DNA from: Nibricoccus sp.
Lineage (GTDB): Bacteria > Verrucomicrobiota > Verrucomicrobiia > Opitutales > Opitutaceae
Assembly (NCBI GenBank): GCA_047602425.1
Contig: JASGHG010000001.1
Location: 4,352,001 to 4,416,000 of the forward strand
Direction of reading: 5' to 3'
Length of the DNA stretch: 64,000 bases
Shown here piece by piece: positions 20,538 through 30,101 of this stretch. Below the pieces are notes generated by a model that ran no database searches, had not been told where the DNA came from, and worked only from the letters and a program-made list of their open reading frames with translations. Position 1 is the first letter of the stretch. Each line of letters starts with the position of its first letter. A program made the translations under genes and the position numbers.

Positions 20538-20909
20538 CTAAGGTCCTTCCGGAGGCAGATTTTCCGTTGTTGGTGCTGATGCTTCGTTCGGTCCGTCTTG
20601 TTCAAGAAGAGGATTCGTTTTCGAGAAGAGAAGCAAGAGCGCAAGACCGATGTTTGCACCGGGAATGAACAACAGCAAAAGCCAGTGCAATCGCATTCCG
20701 GCGTCTTTGGCCCGTGCGCAAACCACAAAAATCAACCAGTATAAGAAAATCGCCAATCCGGAGAGAAGGAGCCACGGATCCCCAAGCACTTGTTCCCACG
20801 ACGAAACGGCTTCGTTGTATGCAATCAGAGCTTCGATCGCACAGGAGCATACTAGGCCTCTGAGCAAGTACGAGAGGCGCCCGATGCGACGCGGGAACAG
20901 AAAGTTCAT
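20538..20909 (-). CDS. DUF805-like membrane protein
   Basis: RIGRLSY...RAKDAG...LLLFIP pattern, 3 TM. Confidence 0.7.
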   Translation of the reverse strand: MNFLFPRRIGRLSYLLRGLVCSCAIEALIAYNEAVSSWEQVLGDPWLLLSGLAIFLYWLIFVVCARAKDAGMRLHWLLLLFIPGANIGLALLLLFSKTNPLLEQDGPNEASAPTTENLPPEGP

Positions 20910-21005
20910 CTCGTTTGGGAACGAACTGGTATTTGTTGTCAGAACGGGCGCGTTATTTGCAATGTACGGGACGTAACGGAGCTGGCGGTTGGAAACGGTG
21001 TTTGG

Positions 21006-21452
21006 TTATTCGAGACTAACGATGCCCCAGTGGTCCAAGGCGAACAGGACAGAAAGCATAATGGCGAAGAAGCCGAGGAACGAGACCACACAAACGACAG
21101 CGACATTTCCTCCGGAGCGACGAACGTAGTTTTCGGACGCAAGAATTTGCTCTTTCGACAACTGCTTCGAAGAGGCAATGCTGACCGCCGCAAACGTGTA
21201 GGCGACCGGAATCACCATGTTGGGGAATTTGTCCGGCAAGAAGGGAAGGACTGCGAGTATGGCGATGAGAAAGGCTCCGCCAAGGTACAGGGTGAATTGC
21301 GTCTCGCGAACCTTGCCGAGGCGCTTGAAATTACAGTATAACGTGTAGACGGCTGCGAACGGACCGCCGATAAATGAAGCAAGTCCAACTTGGAATGGCG
21401 TATATAGCGCCGAAGGTGATGCAAATGGGGTCAGGGGCGATGCAGTATTCAT
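21006..21452 (-). CDS. hypothetical membrane protein
   Basis: 4 hydrophobic segments. Confidence 0.75.
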   Translation of the reverse strand: MNTASPLTPFASPSALYTPFQVGLASFIGGPFAAVYTLYCNFKRLGKVRETQFTLYLGGAFLIAILAVLPFLPDKFPNMVIPVAYTFAAVSIASSKQLSKEQILASENYVRRSGGNVAVVCVVSFLGFFAIMLSVLFALDHWGIVSLE

Positions 21453-21540
21453 GTTAGCAAACGGCTGGGTTGAATAGAGGAGAAACTCGCGTTGTCCAAA
21501 GCAACGGCGTCATGGATATTGTATCTACATACCTGTTCGC

Positions 21541-21900
21541 CTATTTCATTTTTTCGGGGCCGGTTATGGTGATCGTTCCCACCAACCGTTTGGCATCGTG
21601 TCGCATGTAACTCTCAACGTAGACATAGTCTTCCATCTTCGCCTGTTTTGTGAAGGGTCTGCCATCTGCGATCTTTGCGGCAAAATCGTTCCACGCTGCT
21701 TCAATATCTTGTTCCTGACTCGCGCCGGCTCCCAATGCCACAATCTGGTATTCGGTATCGCTGACTTTCTGCGATTTTAGGGCGATATGCGCCAGGTTTT
21801 TCCAAACGCCATCGGAAACTTTGTCCGCACGATAGTCCGTGACGCAGCCCGTCAGGTCAAGGCCGAGGGTCAGAAGAAGGAGCCAGATCTTTTTCTTCAT
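21541..21900 (-). CDS. hypothetical lipoprotein
   Basis: MKKKIW...LTGC. Confidence 0.7.
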   Translation of the reverse strand: MKKKIWLLLLTLGLDLTGCVTDYRADKVSDGVWKNLAHIALKSQKVSDTEYQIVALGAGASQEQDIEAAWNDFAAKIADGRPFTKQAKMEDYVYVESYMRHDAKRLVGTITITGPEKMK

Positions 21901-21906
21901 ATTTTG

Positions 21907-21986
21907 GCTCAACATTCTGTACTCGGTTATACCGAATTGGCGATTTCAAACTCGCAATCGGTATAATTGGGACGTTGCGTTGGTTT
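21907..21986 (-). repeat. attC-like imperfect palindrome
   Basis: GCTCAAC...TTATACCGA...TCGGTATAA...GTT filling the whole spacer between a stop codon and the next gene start. Confidence 0.5.
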
Positions 21987-22434
21987 AGCTTTTGGGCGGC
22001 CATTCCACGCCTTTGAGTTCCGGCGGCAGTTGAGTTGGTTCGACGGGATAGTGTTGCTTCAAATCGATTTTGCCGGATTCGAATTCCTTGTCCGGTGCGC
22101 CAATGATGAGCCAGAGCACCTCTGAATCGGAATCGTTGAAGATTTGGCGAAGGGCAGCCGGTCCGATCAGCACGCCGCCATAGCGGGGAATGGTTAAAGT
22201 CTCCTCGCCGACGCGAATTCGTCCGGTGCCCTCAAGAACGAAATAAAATTCCTCCGCGATCACGTGCTTATGAAGTGTATTCGCACTCTTGGGCGGCAAA
22301 CGCCAGAGACGGGCACCCAGGATTTCGCTTCCTGTGCGCTCCAGGTAATCGGCATTTGGAATGCGCATCATATTCGATGGCCGCCAATTCAATTCACTGG
22401 GCAAGATCAATCGATAACCTTCGATGGCTTTCAT
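21985..22434 (-). CDS. cupin-domain protein
   Basis: HKH...EEFYFVLEGTG. Confidence 0.85.
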   Translation of the reverse strand: MKAIEGYRLILPSELNWRPSNMMRIPNADYLERTGSEILGARLWRLPPKSANTLHKHVIAEEFYFVLEGTGRIRVGEETLTIPRYGGVLIGPAALRQIFNDSDSEVLWLIIGAPDKEFESGKIDLKQHYPVEPTQLPPELKGVEWPPKS

Positions 22435-22518
22435 TTTATTCCTTAATGTTGTTTAGTTTATTTTTTCTTCCGTACGAGTTCGCGGACTTTCGGTTTTAGC
22501 GGCTGGTTTCGCTTCGTT

Positions 22519-23541
22519 CTAGTTTTTCCGCGTGAACCACATCGAGCATGATTGTTTATGACTATGCTTCACCAGGAAGGACACGACGCCTTCAAATGCT
22601 TCAGCCACTTTCGGTCGTGACAAACCGACGGGCGGGCCTTCGGGCGGGTAGGAGGGGAAGACGTCAAAAGCGTGGTTAAAGCCTTCCATTCGGATGAATC
22701 GGTGTTCCACGCGGTGCTCGGCGAGCTTGGCGGCCATCCGCTCTGACATTTCGAACGGCACATCGACATCCTGGTCTCCGTGAAGAAGGAGCGTCGGAGG
22801 GAAATCTTTTGTCACAAGCCGCTCCACGCTAAAAGCCGCGTACGGAGCAGGGCCTGCGTTTGGGAGCGGACCAACGACTTCGTAGGGCCAAGAACCATTC
22901 TGACGGCAATAAATATAAAAGGCGTTTCGTTCTCGGACGGGGGCTTCCGAAATTTCTTTTACGCCGATTGCGCGATGGGCGTCTTGATGCGAAACGCGCG
23001 GCAAGGTGGCATAGAAGGGACTCGGACGGTTGTACCATTCTCCGCCGATATCGCCATAACCATAAAAAGATACAATTGCATTGAGACGAGGCTGCACTCT
23101 GGCGCCTGCCATGAGAGCCAAATAGCCACCCGCCGAGGAACCGACTGCAACGACACGCTTTGGATCTCCGTCGAACAAAGTCGCGCCGGCTCCGCGCACC
23201 CACTTGAAGGCATCGGCAATATCAGCGAGGATTTCCGGGAGCTTTGTTTCGGGGGCCAAACGGTAGTCGATAGCGACGACGATAAAACCCGCGCGCAAAA
23301 ACCTTTCGCATTCATCCAACAGAAGCATCGCTCGACTGCCCATGATAAGACCGCCGGGATGGATCCAAACGATGATCGGGCGGAGCCCTTCGCCGGGGGG
23401 ACGATACACATCCGCTTTGATCGCCATGGATCCAACCGTTTTGTAGGTGAAGGTTTGTTTCGCGTAGGGAGGTTCGGCTGCGGCGGAAACTCCCACCAGA
23501 AAAACAAAAAGCGCAAGGCATATTCCGAGACGGAGCTTCAT
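22519..23541 (-). CDS. secreted alpha/beta hydrolase (esterase/lipase)
   Basis: HPGG, DYRLAPE, GSSAGG, HGDQD, H; signal peptide. Confidence 0.9.
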   Translation of the reverse strand: MKLRLGICLALFVFLVGVSAAAEPPYAKQTFTYKTVGSMAIKADVYRPPGEGLRPIIVWIHPGGLIMGSRAMLLLDECERFLRAGFIVVAIDYRLAPETKLPEILADIADAFKWVRGAGATLFDGDPKRVVAVGSSAGGYLALMAGARVQPRLNAIVSFYGYGDIGGEWYNRPSPFYATLPRVSHQDAHRAIGVKEISEAPVRERNAFYIYCRQNGSWPYEVVGPLPNAGPAPYAAFSVERLVTKDFPPTLLLHGDQDVDVPFEMSERMAAKLAEHRVEHRFIRMEGFNHAFDVFPSYPPEGPPVGLSRPKVAEAFEGVVSFLVKHSHKQSCSMWFTRKN

Positions 23542-23784
23542 GGTTGTCGAGTTGCGGAGTACTATGGTCGTGCCAACGTTTTAATACCTAGGCATTGGCT
23601 CCTTGTAAGTGAGGTGCGCAACCTAAGCGTTTTCTTCTGCACTTCGAGTTCAGGGCGCAAAAAAACGCCGACGTCGTCTGATTGGAGAGAATTCGCTGGT
23701 TTGACTTGAGAGGGGTGAACCATGGAAGATGGCGTCGATTTATTTTTTCTCCACGTTCCAACCACGATCACGATACGCCCTTTG

Positions 23785-25143
23785 ATGAAGCCCGCGCAGC
23801 CTTCGATTTTTTCAATGCCAGGGAAACTCTTTTCGTGGATCGTGGTTGCGGTGGTGTTTATCGGACTCGCCTGGAGACAGCATGCGTTTGTCGACCGTTA
23901 TGCGGTGAATGTCATGTACTGGGATCAATGGGGAATTTACGGGCCGATGTTCGAAGAGCGGGGCTGGTGGGCGGGATTCGATTTTCAACACGGGCCTCAC
24001 CGGCAAGGCGCGGGCTTTCTTGTCACACGGGTGCTTGCGGAGGCGAGTGACTGGAATTCGCGCTGGGATGCATTTGGCGTGAGCTGGGTGCTGATCGCAG
24101 CGGCGGGCGCGGGCCTGATTTTGGCGTGGCGTTGCGGGGCGCGAAACGCAGCGGCTTTGGCAATGGTGCCGTTGCTGTATTTGAATATCCGGCAGTACGA
24201 ACAATTCGCGGGGCCCTCGAATATTTCGCACGGAGCGATGCCGCTGCTCCTGCTTACGTTGTATGGCCTCGCGTGGTTTGTGAAAACGCGCGGACTGCGA
24301 CTGGGGCTGCTGACAGGGCTGACGTTTTTGGCGATTTTCACCGGGTTTGGATTTTATGTCGGCGGGATTTCCTTGGTGCTCTTCGGACTCGAAAGCGTGC
24401 AGCTGGCGCGACAAAAAGACCGGCGCGGAGCAATACAGGCGGCACTCGCGCTGGCTGCCGTGGTGGCGTCGTGGGGATTGTTCTTTTGTCACTACAAGAC
24501 TGAAACCGCGGCGACAGGATTTTCTCAGGTCGTGGGGCAGGTGGGACAGACCTTGCGTTTTGTCGGGGTGATGCTGGCGAATGCGCAAGGCGTTTGGGGC
24601 GCGGGCTGGGTGGCGACGACCACGGGGCTGGTGGTCTTTGGGTTATTGGTGGCGCTCTGCTTTTATCAAGGTGTGCAATTGGTTCGGGTCGGCGTGGCAA
24701 AAACCGAGCCGCGGAGCGTGGTGTTTTTTTCCCTGACGGCTTTTGTTGCGACGTATTGCGTGAGCGCAGCGTTGGGACGATTGGGCGAAGGGATCGAGGC
24801 GGCGCGAGCTTCGCGTTACGTCACGTTGATGGTTCCCGCGGGGCTGGCGTTTTGTTTGCAGTTGTCGGCGATGAAACAAACGTGGAGCGCACGCGGACTG
24901 TTTGCCGGTTACTTCGGGTTGTTGTTGATTTTGACGGTGCAACTGAGGCCGGGAGATTTGAAGCAAGCGGAGTCATTTCGCGCGACGCGCGTGGTTTGGG
25001 CGCAGACATATTTGGAAACGCGCGACATCCGAACGGCCAATGAGAAGGCGGGACAGGAGATATTTCCGGGTTCGACCGTTCAGGCGCAGGTCGACTATCT
25101 GCAGGAGCATCGACTGAACTTTTTCAAAAACGCCGGCAAATGA
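23785..25143 (+). CDS. multi-pass membrane protein, possibly a GT-C glycosyltransferase
   Basis: About 11 TM; WDQW and QHGPHR in the first loop, SRY motif; start uncertain. Confidence 0.55.
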   Translation: MKPAQPSIFSMPGKLFSWIVVAVVFIGLAWRQHAFVDRYAVNVMYWDQWGIYGPMFEERGWWAGFDFQHGPHRQGAGFLVTRVLAEASDWNSRWDAFGVSWVLIAAAGAGLILAWRCGARNAAALAMVPLLYLNIRQYEQFAGPSNISHGAMPLLLLTLYGLAWFVKTRGLRLGLLTGLTFLAIFTGFGFYVGGISLVLFGLESVQLARQKDRRGAIQAALALAAVVASWGLFFCHYKTETAATGFSQVVGQVGQTLRFVGVMLANAQGVWGAGWVATTTGLVVFGLLVALCFYQGVQLVRVGVAKTEPRSVVFFSLTAFVATYCVSAALGRLGEGIEAARASRYVTLMVPAGLAFCLQLSAMKQTWSARGLFAGYFGLLLILTVQLRPGDLKQAESFRATRVVWAQTYLETRDIRTANEKAGQEIFPGSTVQAQVDYLQEHRLNFFKNAGK

Positions 25144-25253
25144 GTGTACAAAGGCGTTGAATCCGTAGATGATACGAGTCCTCGGAAACGTCAGGCGCCA
25201 AAGCACGGCTATCCTCTAAAGTTTTGACGCAAAACCCCGTATTTTACCTCAGC

Positions 25254-27539
25254 ATGAGCGCATATAAACGAATCCCGATGTTGCTGTTAGGGCTGGTGGC
25301 CGGTTTGGGCGGCACGCCATTGTCCGCCAAGCCCGAAACCCTGCTGGAGGCACCGGGCATGCGCCTCAGCCTTGAAGACGGGCACGTGCAGATTTTCCGT
25401 GAAAAGGACCTGGTGTTGGAAGTGCACGCATTTGAGTTCAACTTTCGTGCACCCAAAGCCGTGGCGGTGAACGAACGCACACCGGAGCGCGTGACTTTGC
25501 TCGCGGTTTATCCCGGTGAGGTCGAATTTTTGGAAAAAGTCAGCGAGGTTTCGGCGGAAATTATCATCGAGCGAGTCGCAGGCGGATTTAGATTTCGCTC
25601 AAAACCGGAATGGGCTGGTCACACCACGCTGAGGCTGCGTGATCTGGACGATCATTTTTTTGGCGTACTCGAACAACTCAATCCCGGTAATCGAAGGAGT
25701 CCCGATCTGCGCGGCGCCACAATCGACATCGATGCGGCGGGCAACGAGCGCCAGTACCATGAGAATTACGCTTCGGTCTGGTCCGCCTTTTACATGACGG
25801 CGAAAGGCTGCGCGTCGTTCTTCGATACTTTTGCGAAAGGCCGCTACAAACTGGGGCTGCAAGGCGAAACTGAACTCTATCACCAAACCGGCACGCTGGA
25901 TTGGTACGTTTTTCTCGGGCGCAACGGCGACGAATTGCTGGCGTCGTATTACAAAGTGATCGGAAAGCCGAAGGCCTTGCCCATGTGGGCCGCGGGGCCG
26001 ATTGGCTGGCGCGATCAGAACAACGGCGGATCCGCCGAAATCCTCGACGATGTGAAACGCATGACCGAGATAAAAATTCCGTTTACGGCCTGGTTCGTCG
26101 ATCGGCCGTATAGCGACGGAGAGCACAGCTGGTCGAAAATGAATTTCAGCGAAAGCTTTGCAAAACCGGCGGAATGGATCTCCACGCTCGAAAAGTCTTA
26201 TGGGCTCAAATTCATGACTTGGATCGCGCCGCAGACCTTCGGCGATCCGGCATTTCCCGGACTGCTTGCCGGCGACAACGGTTATCTGGACCTCTCCGAT
26301 TCCGCAGCCGTCGTGGAATGGGAAAAACGCCTGAAGCTCCAATACGCGGCGGGGGTGCGCGGCCACAAGGACGATCGTGGCGAAGAACTTTTTCCCGAGG
26401 CGACGAAGTGGAAGGACGGAACGCCGCTGCCCGAACGACGCAACAGGTACCTTTACCTCTACGCGAAGGTTACGCACGAAATGCTCACGAACGCGTGGGG
26501 AACGGATCAGTTTAATTTCGCCCGCGGCGCCTTTCACCGTTCGCAGCCCTATCTCTCGGCGATCTGGGGCGGCGACTCGCGCGGAACGTGGAATGGGATG
26601 GCCTCGAATCTCGCCAACGCGATCCGGTGCGGCTTCATGGGATTTCCTCTTTGGGGCACCGACGTCGGCGGTTATTTTGGAGGACGCATCGACGAAGAAC
26701 TTTACGCCCGATGGCTGGAGTGGGGCGCCTGGAACGGCCTTTATGAAATCAAGCTCGACGATGCCGCTGGCAAAAACCAGGACCGTCCGCCGTGGGTTTA
26801 CGGCGAGGGCTTGCAGGCTGCGTTTCGCGAGTCGTGTGCGACGCGCATGCAACTGATGCCCTATATCTATTCGCTTTCGCACACCGCGGACCGAACCGGT
26901 GTCTTGATGAAACCGATGGCCTACGTTTGGCCGGAGGACGATGCTACGTATGGAATTTGGGATCAATATATGTTTGGGCATGCGTTTCTGGTGGCGCCGA
27001 TCCTCACCCCCGGCGGGCAGCGCACCGTTTACCTCCCCGACGGCCACGAATGGCACAACTTTTATCAGCCCAACGAAGTTCACAAGGGCGGCAACACCAT
27101 CAAGGTGAAGGCGCCATTCAACCGCATTCCGGTTTTCGTTTCCGACAACACGATTTATGTCACAGGTACAATTCCCGCGGGCAATCGCGCGCAGTGGGAT
27201 GCTTCGGCCGCGAAACCCCAGTATGTGATCCACGCGATCCCGAGCCGCAAAAGCGAGCAGACACAATTTGAACTCATCGACGCTTACGATGAGAATAAGT
27301 CGAAACTTCTTCGTCTCAGCGTCCGGATGGATGTCATCCGAATCTCCATCCCAGCTCTGGGCGCTCCTTGCGAGCTGCAGATTCGGCGCGAGCCCCCCAA
27401 TCGCATCCGACTGAACGGGCGTCCCTATGACGCAAAATACGATCCTGCGCAGGCGGTTTATCGCGTGCCTCTGTCGGCGGGAACCGCCTACGAAATAGAA
27501 GTGGTGCCCATCATCCCGGGAGCAGGACTGCCGCAGTAA
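25254..27539 (+). CDS. glycoside hydrolase family 31
   Basis: KDDRGEE nucleophile region, WGGD, GTDVGGY, ELYARW, LMPYIYS, QYMFG..LVAP; signal peptide. Confidence 0.9.
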   Translation: MSAYKRIPMLLLGLVAGLGGTPLSAKPETLLEAPGMRLSLEDGHVQIFREKDLVLEVHAFEFNFRAPKAVAVNERTPERVTLLAVYPGEVEFLEKVSEVSAEIIIERVAGGFRFRSKPEWAGHTTLRLRDLDDHFFGVLEQLNPGNRRSPDLRGATIDIDAAGNERQYHENYASVWSAFYMTAKGCASFFDTFAKGRYKLGLQGETELYHQTGTLDWYVFLGRNGDELLASYYKVIGKPKALPMWAAGPIGWRDQNNGGSAEILDDVKRMTEIKIPFTAWFVDRPYSDGEHSWSKMNFSESFAKPAEWISTLEKSYGLKFMTWIAPQTFGDPAFPGLLAGDNGYLDLSDSAAVVEWEKRLKLQYAAGVRGHKDDRGEELFPEATKWKDGTPLPERRNRYLYLYAKVTHEMLTNAWGTDQFNFARGAFHRSQPYLSAIWGGDSRGTWNGMASNLANAIRCGFMGFPLWGTDVGGYFGGRIDEELYARWLEWGAWNGLYEIKLDDAAGKNQDRPPWVYGEGLQAAFRESCATRMQLMPYIYSLSHTADRTGVLMKPMAYVWPEDDATYGIWDQYMFGHAFLVAPILTPGGQRTVYLPDGHEWHNFYQPNEVHKGGNTIKVKAPFNRIPVFVSDNTIYVTGTIPAGNRAQWDASAAKPQYVIHAIPSRKSEQTQFELIDAYDENKSKLLRLSVRMDVIRISIPALGAPCELQIRREPPNRIRLNGRPYDAKYDPAQAVYRVPLSAGTAYEIEVVPIIPGAGLPQ

Positions 27540-27683
27540 GTTTCCAGATCGAAACGGTTTTGCGTTGAGGAGCTTTCACCACGAGGCTCCGATCATCGTC
27601 GATTTTGACGTCGGAAGATATTAAACCGCTATTTATCGCTAATTGCCGCTAGGTTCGGAAGAGAGCGATGCATGCTCAAGGGA

Positions 27684-28415
27684 TTATCCAGCCGGACTTT
27701 TTGCGGGAAGAACGGCCTGCTCGGCCGCGACAAGGGCATCGTAGGCGGCTGCGGAATCGGGCGCTTCGTAGAGTTGTTCCAAGATCTTGGTTTTAGTGGC
27801 GACTAAACAAAGTCGGGCCAGTGTGTGCAGATGGATGCGGTCGTCCTGACAGCAAATCAGGAAAAAGAGGCGAGTGGGGGCGCCGTCCGGAGCGCCGAAG
27901 GGAATACTTTGAATGGTTCGTCCCAGAACGATGAACGAACTCTCGAAGCGATACGCATCGTAGTTTCGCGCGTGAAGAAGGGCGAGTCCGCCCGGGACTG
28001 CAGTCGAGCAGAGTTCCTCGCGCGCCTCGATGCTTTGCAGAAGTTCGCGCGAATCGAAGACCTTGCCGGTGCTTTCGGCGAGGCCGACCATGTCACGCAG
28101 GACGGAGGCCCGCGTTTTGGAAGGCAGTTCCAAGTTAACTCCTGAACGCGTGAGCAACTCGGGAATGAGCGCTTGTTCGGGAAAAATCTCCCGGGTACCG
28201 CGCATCGTTTTTTCGTGGTAGGCATCGAGCCGTTTGCCGGGCATGCCGAGAATGCGTTGCGAGGCCCAGGCATCGATCTCCGCGCGACGGAACTGAAGAT
28301 GCCCGCCGCGTTCTACGCGCGGCAGATCGCTTTCGCGCAACAGCCGTTCGACATCGCTGGCTGAGAGATGAAGGTAGTCGGCGAGTTCCGCGAGATTGAG
28401 TGTGCGATGCGGCAT
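27684..28415 (-). CDS. excisionase-like HTH fused to PTS EIIA (Ntr/Fru type)
   Basis: LNLAELADYLHLS...FRRAEIDAW; REELCSTA...ALLHAR phospho-His motif. Confidence 0.85.
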   Translation of the reverse strand: MPHRTLNLAELADYLHLSASDVERLLRESDLPRVERGGHLQFRRAEIDAWASQRILGMPGKRLDAYHEKTMRGTREIFPEQALIPELLTRSGVNLELPSKTRASVLRDMVGLAESTGKVFDSRELLQSIEAREELCSTAVPGGLALLHARNYDAYRFESSFIVLGRTIQSIPFGAPDGAPTRLFFLICCQDDRIHLHTLARLCLVATKTKILEQLYEAPDSAAAYDALVAAEQAVLPAKSPAG

Positions 28416-28551
28416 TGAGGGGAGCGTAACCTCGTCGCGGAAAATGGAAAGCTTGTAACTTTGGGGCCGGAAAGCGCGTTTGACTCCCCAATGCGGCCGT
28501 CCGAAGCGGTTTTTCGTTGCGGATTGAGGTTGGTTTTGGCGGGCTTTGGCG

Positions 28552-30051
28552 ATGATCAAACGCGCCTATTTCCAGGTTTTGTGCGTCGTGGTGGGATTTT
28601 GCTCGGCTGGCTTGGGCTGGCTGGAGGCTTCGGGCGGACGAGGGCTGCCGCCACGGGCAGAAGCGCTGCGGACCGACATCGGATATGCGCGGGACTTGAT
28701 GGTGCGCTCATTAGAATGGCGCCAAAGAGCGCGGACCTTTGTCAAAGAAGCGCAACCGCGGCTCAACGGCGGTGTGTTGACGAGTGGCGATCTAAACGCG
28801 CTGTATCGCGGTGGCGAAGATTACGTCTTCCTGAGCCGTCGCTGGCGGGCCTTGGTGGATGTCCAGGGATCTGAGGCTTGGCACCGCGCCGCGCCTGCGC
28901 TGGTGCACGATCCACTCGCACGCACCCAAACGAAACTCGTGCTGGCGGCGGCTTTGGTTCAACACGATGATTATGCCATGGGCGTGGACCCTTATTTCAA
29001 GGAGCGGAAGTTGCGAAAACTTTTGAAAAACGACCATCCGGCCGTGGTGGGCGAGTTGGATGAAGCCGTGCAACGTTTTCTTGATCCTGTGGCTCGGTTG
29101 AGGTTGGCGCGGGCCGTGGTTTGGTATCGAGCCGAAGGCGGACAGGCGGAAGACCGCTCTGAGGACGAAAAATTTTTGGACGAAGTCATCACTCAAAGTC
29201 CGGGTTATCAATTTTTCTCAAAACAATTGCCCGCGCGGGTTATCGCCGAGTGGTCGACCGGCGGACATGCCGGCGTGACATACGTGATGGATCTGCTGTC
29301 ACGCATGGGATCGACGATGATGAACACCACCAGCCTTGTGGTCGGCAATGCGATGGGTTTGGTGCAAACACGCAACGGATATTTGAACGCTATGCCTGCG
29401 GAACAGCGACTGGCGTTGCGCAATCGTTTACGGCCACTCGATGTGCTGCTGGAAAAAACGCCTTTCCGCCTGACCGATAAATCCATTCCCGGCCATTATG
29501 GCCACGTGGCTGTTTGGGTGGGCGGTGAAGAGGAGTTGAAGGCGTTGGGTGTTTGGAACGACCCATTGGTTCGGCCGCATCATCAGCGGATCCAGGCGGG
29601 TGCCTCGATTGTGGAAGCATTGCGACCCGGAGTGGAGATCAACACGCTGGAACATTTCCTAAACATCGACGATCTGCTGGTCATTCGCCGCCGCACGCTG
29701 ACGCCCGATGAAACAAAAGCGGGAGTCCTGCGGGCCTTTGCGCAAATCGGCAAGGCCTACGATTTCAATTTCGATGTCGAGAGCGACCGGAAGATCGTTT
29801 GTTCGGAACTGGCATTCGTCGTTTTTCCCGACGTGGTATGGCCGACGAGTTCGGTCTTGGGAAGATATTCCATCTCTCCGGATCAGGTGGCGGTGCGCGC
29901 GCAGGGCGACGGACCTTTTGCGCCGGAAGTGATTTTTCACGATGGGGTGGAGGTCACGGAGAAACTGCCTGAGACACTCGATTGTTTTCTGAAAACAGAT
30001 TACGCGCGTTTCGCGGCGCAGCATCCGGAGTTCAAAGGACGCTCGAAGTAA
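28552..30051 (+). CDS. YiiX/YebB-like permuted papain amidase with long helical N-terminus
   Basis: PGHYGHVAVW, IVEAL, GKAYDFNF, IVCSEL. Confidence 0.82.
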   Translation: MIKRAYFQVLCVVVGFCSAGLGWLEASGGRGLPPRAEALRTDIGYARDLMVRSLEWRQRARTFVKEAQPRLNGGVLTSGDLNALYRGGEDYVFLSRRWRALVDVQGSEAWHRAAPALVHDPLARTQTKLVLAAALVQHDDYAMGVDPYFKERKLRKLLKNDHPAVVGELDEAVQRFLDPVARLRLARAVVWYRAEGGQAEDRSEDEKFLDEVITQSPGYQFFSKQLPARVIAEWSTGGHAGVTYVMDLLSRMGSTMMNTTSLVVGNAMGLVQTRNGYLNAMPAEQRLALRNRLRPLDVLLEKTPFRLTDKSIPGHYGHVAVWVGGEEELKALGVWNDPLVRPHHQRIQAGASIVEALRPGVEINTLEHFLNIDDLLVIRRRTLTPDETKAGVLRAFAQIGKAYDFNFDVESDRKIVCSELAFVVFPDVVWPTSSVLGRYSISPDQVAVRAQGDGPFAPEVIFHDGVEVTEKLPETLDCFLKTDYARFAAQHPEFKGRSK

Positions 30052-30101
30052 CGGTAGTTGCGGACCGAATACGCGGCGCGGCGAACTCCCGGGGACGAAA
30101 A

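Noticed and set aside
25599..27266. Long antisense ORFs (also 10768-11808, 39793-40905, 49426-50784, 62136-63053)
   Set aside because: Shadows of well-supported genes in high-GC DNA; no motifs.
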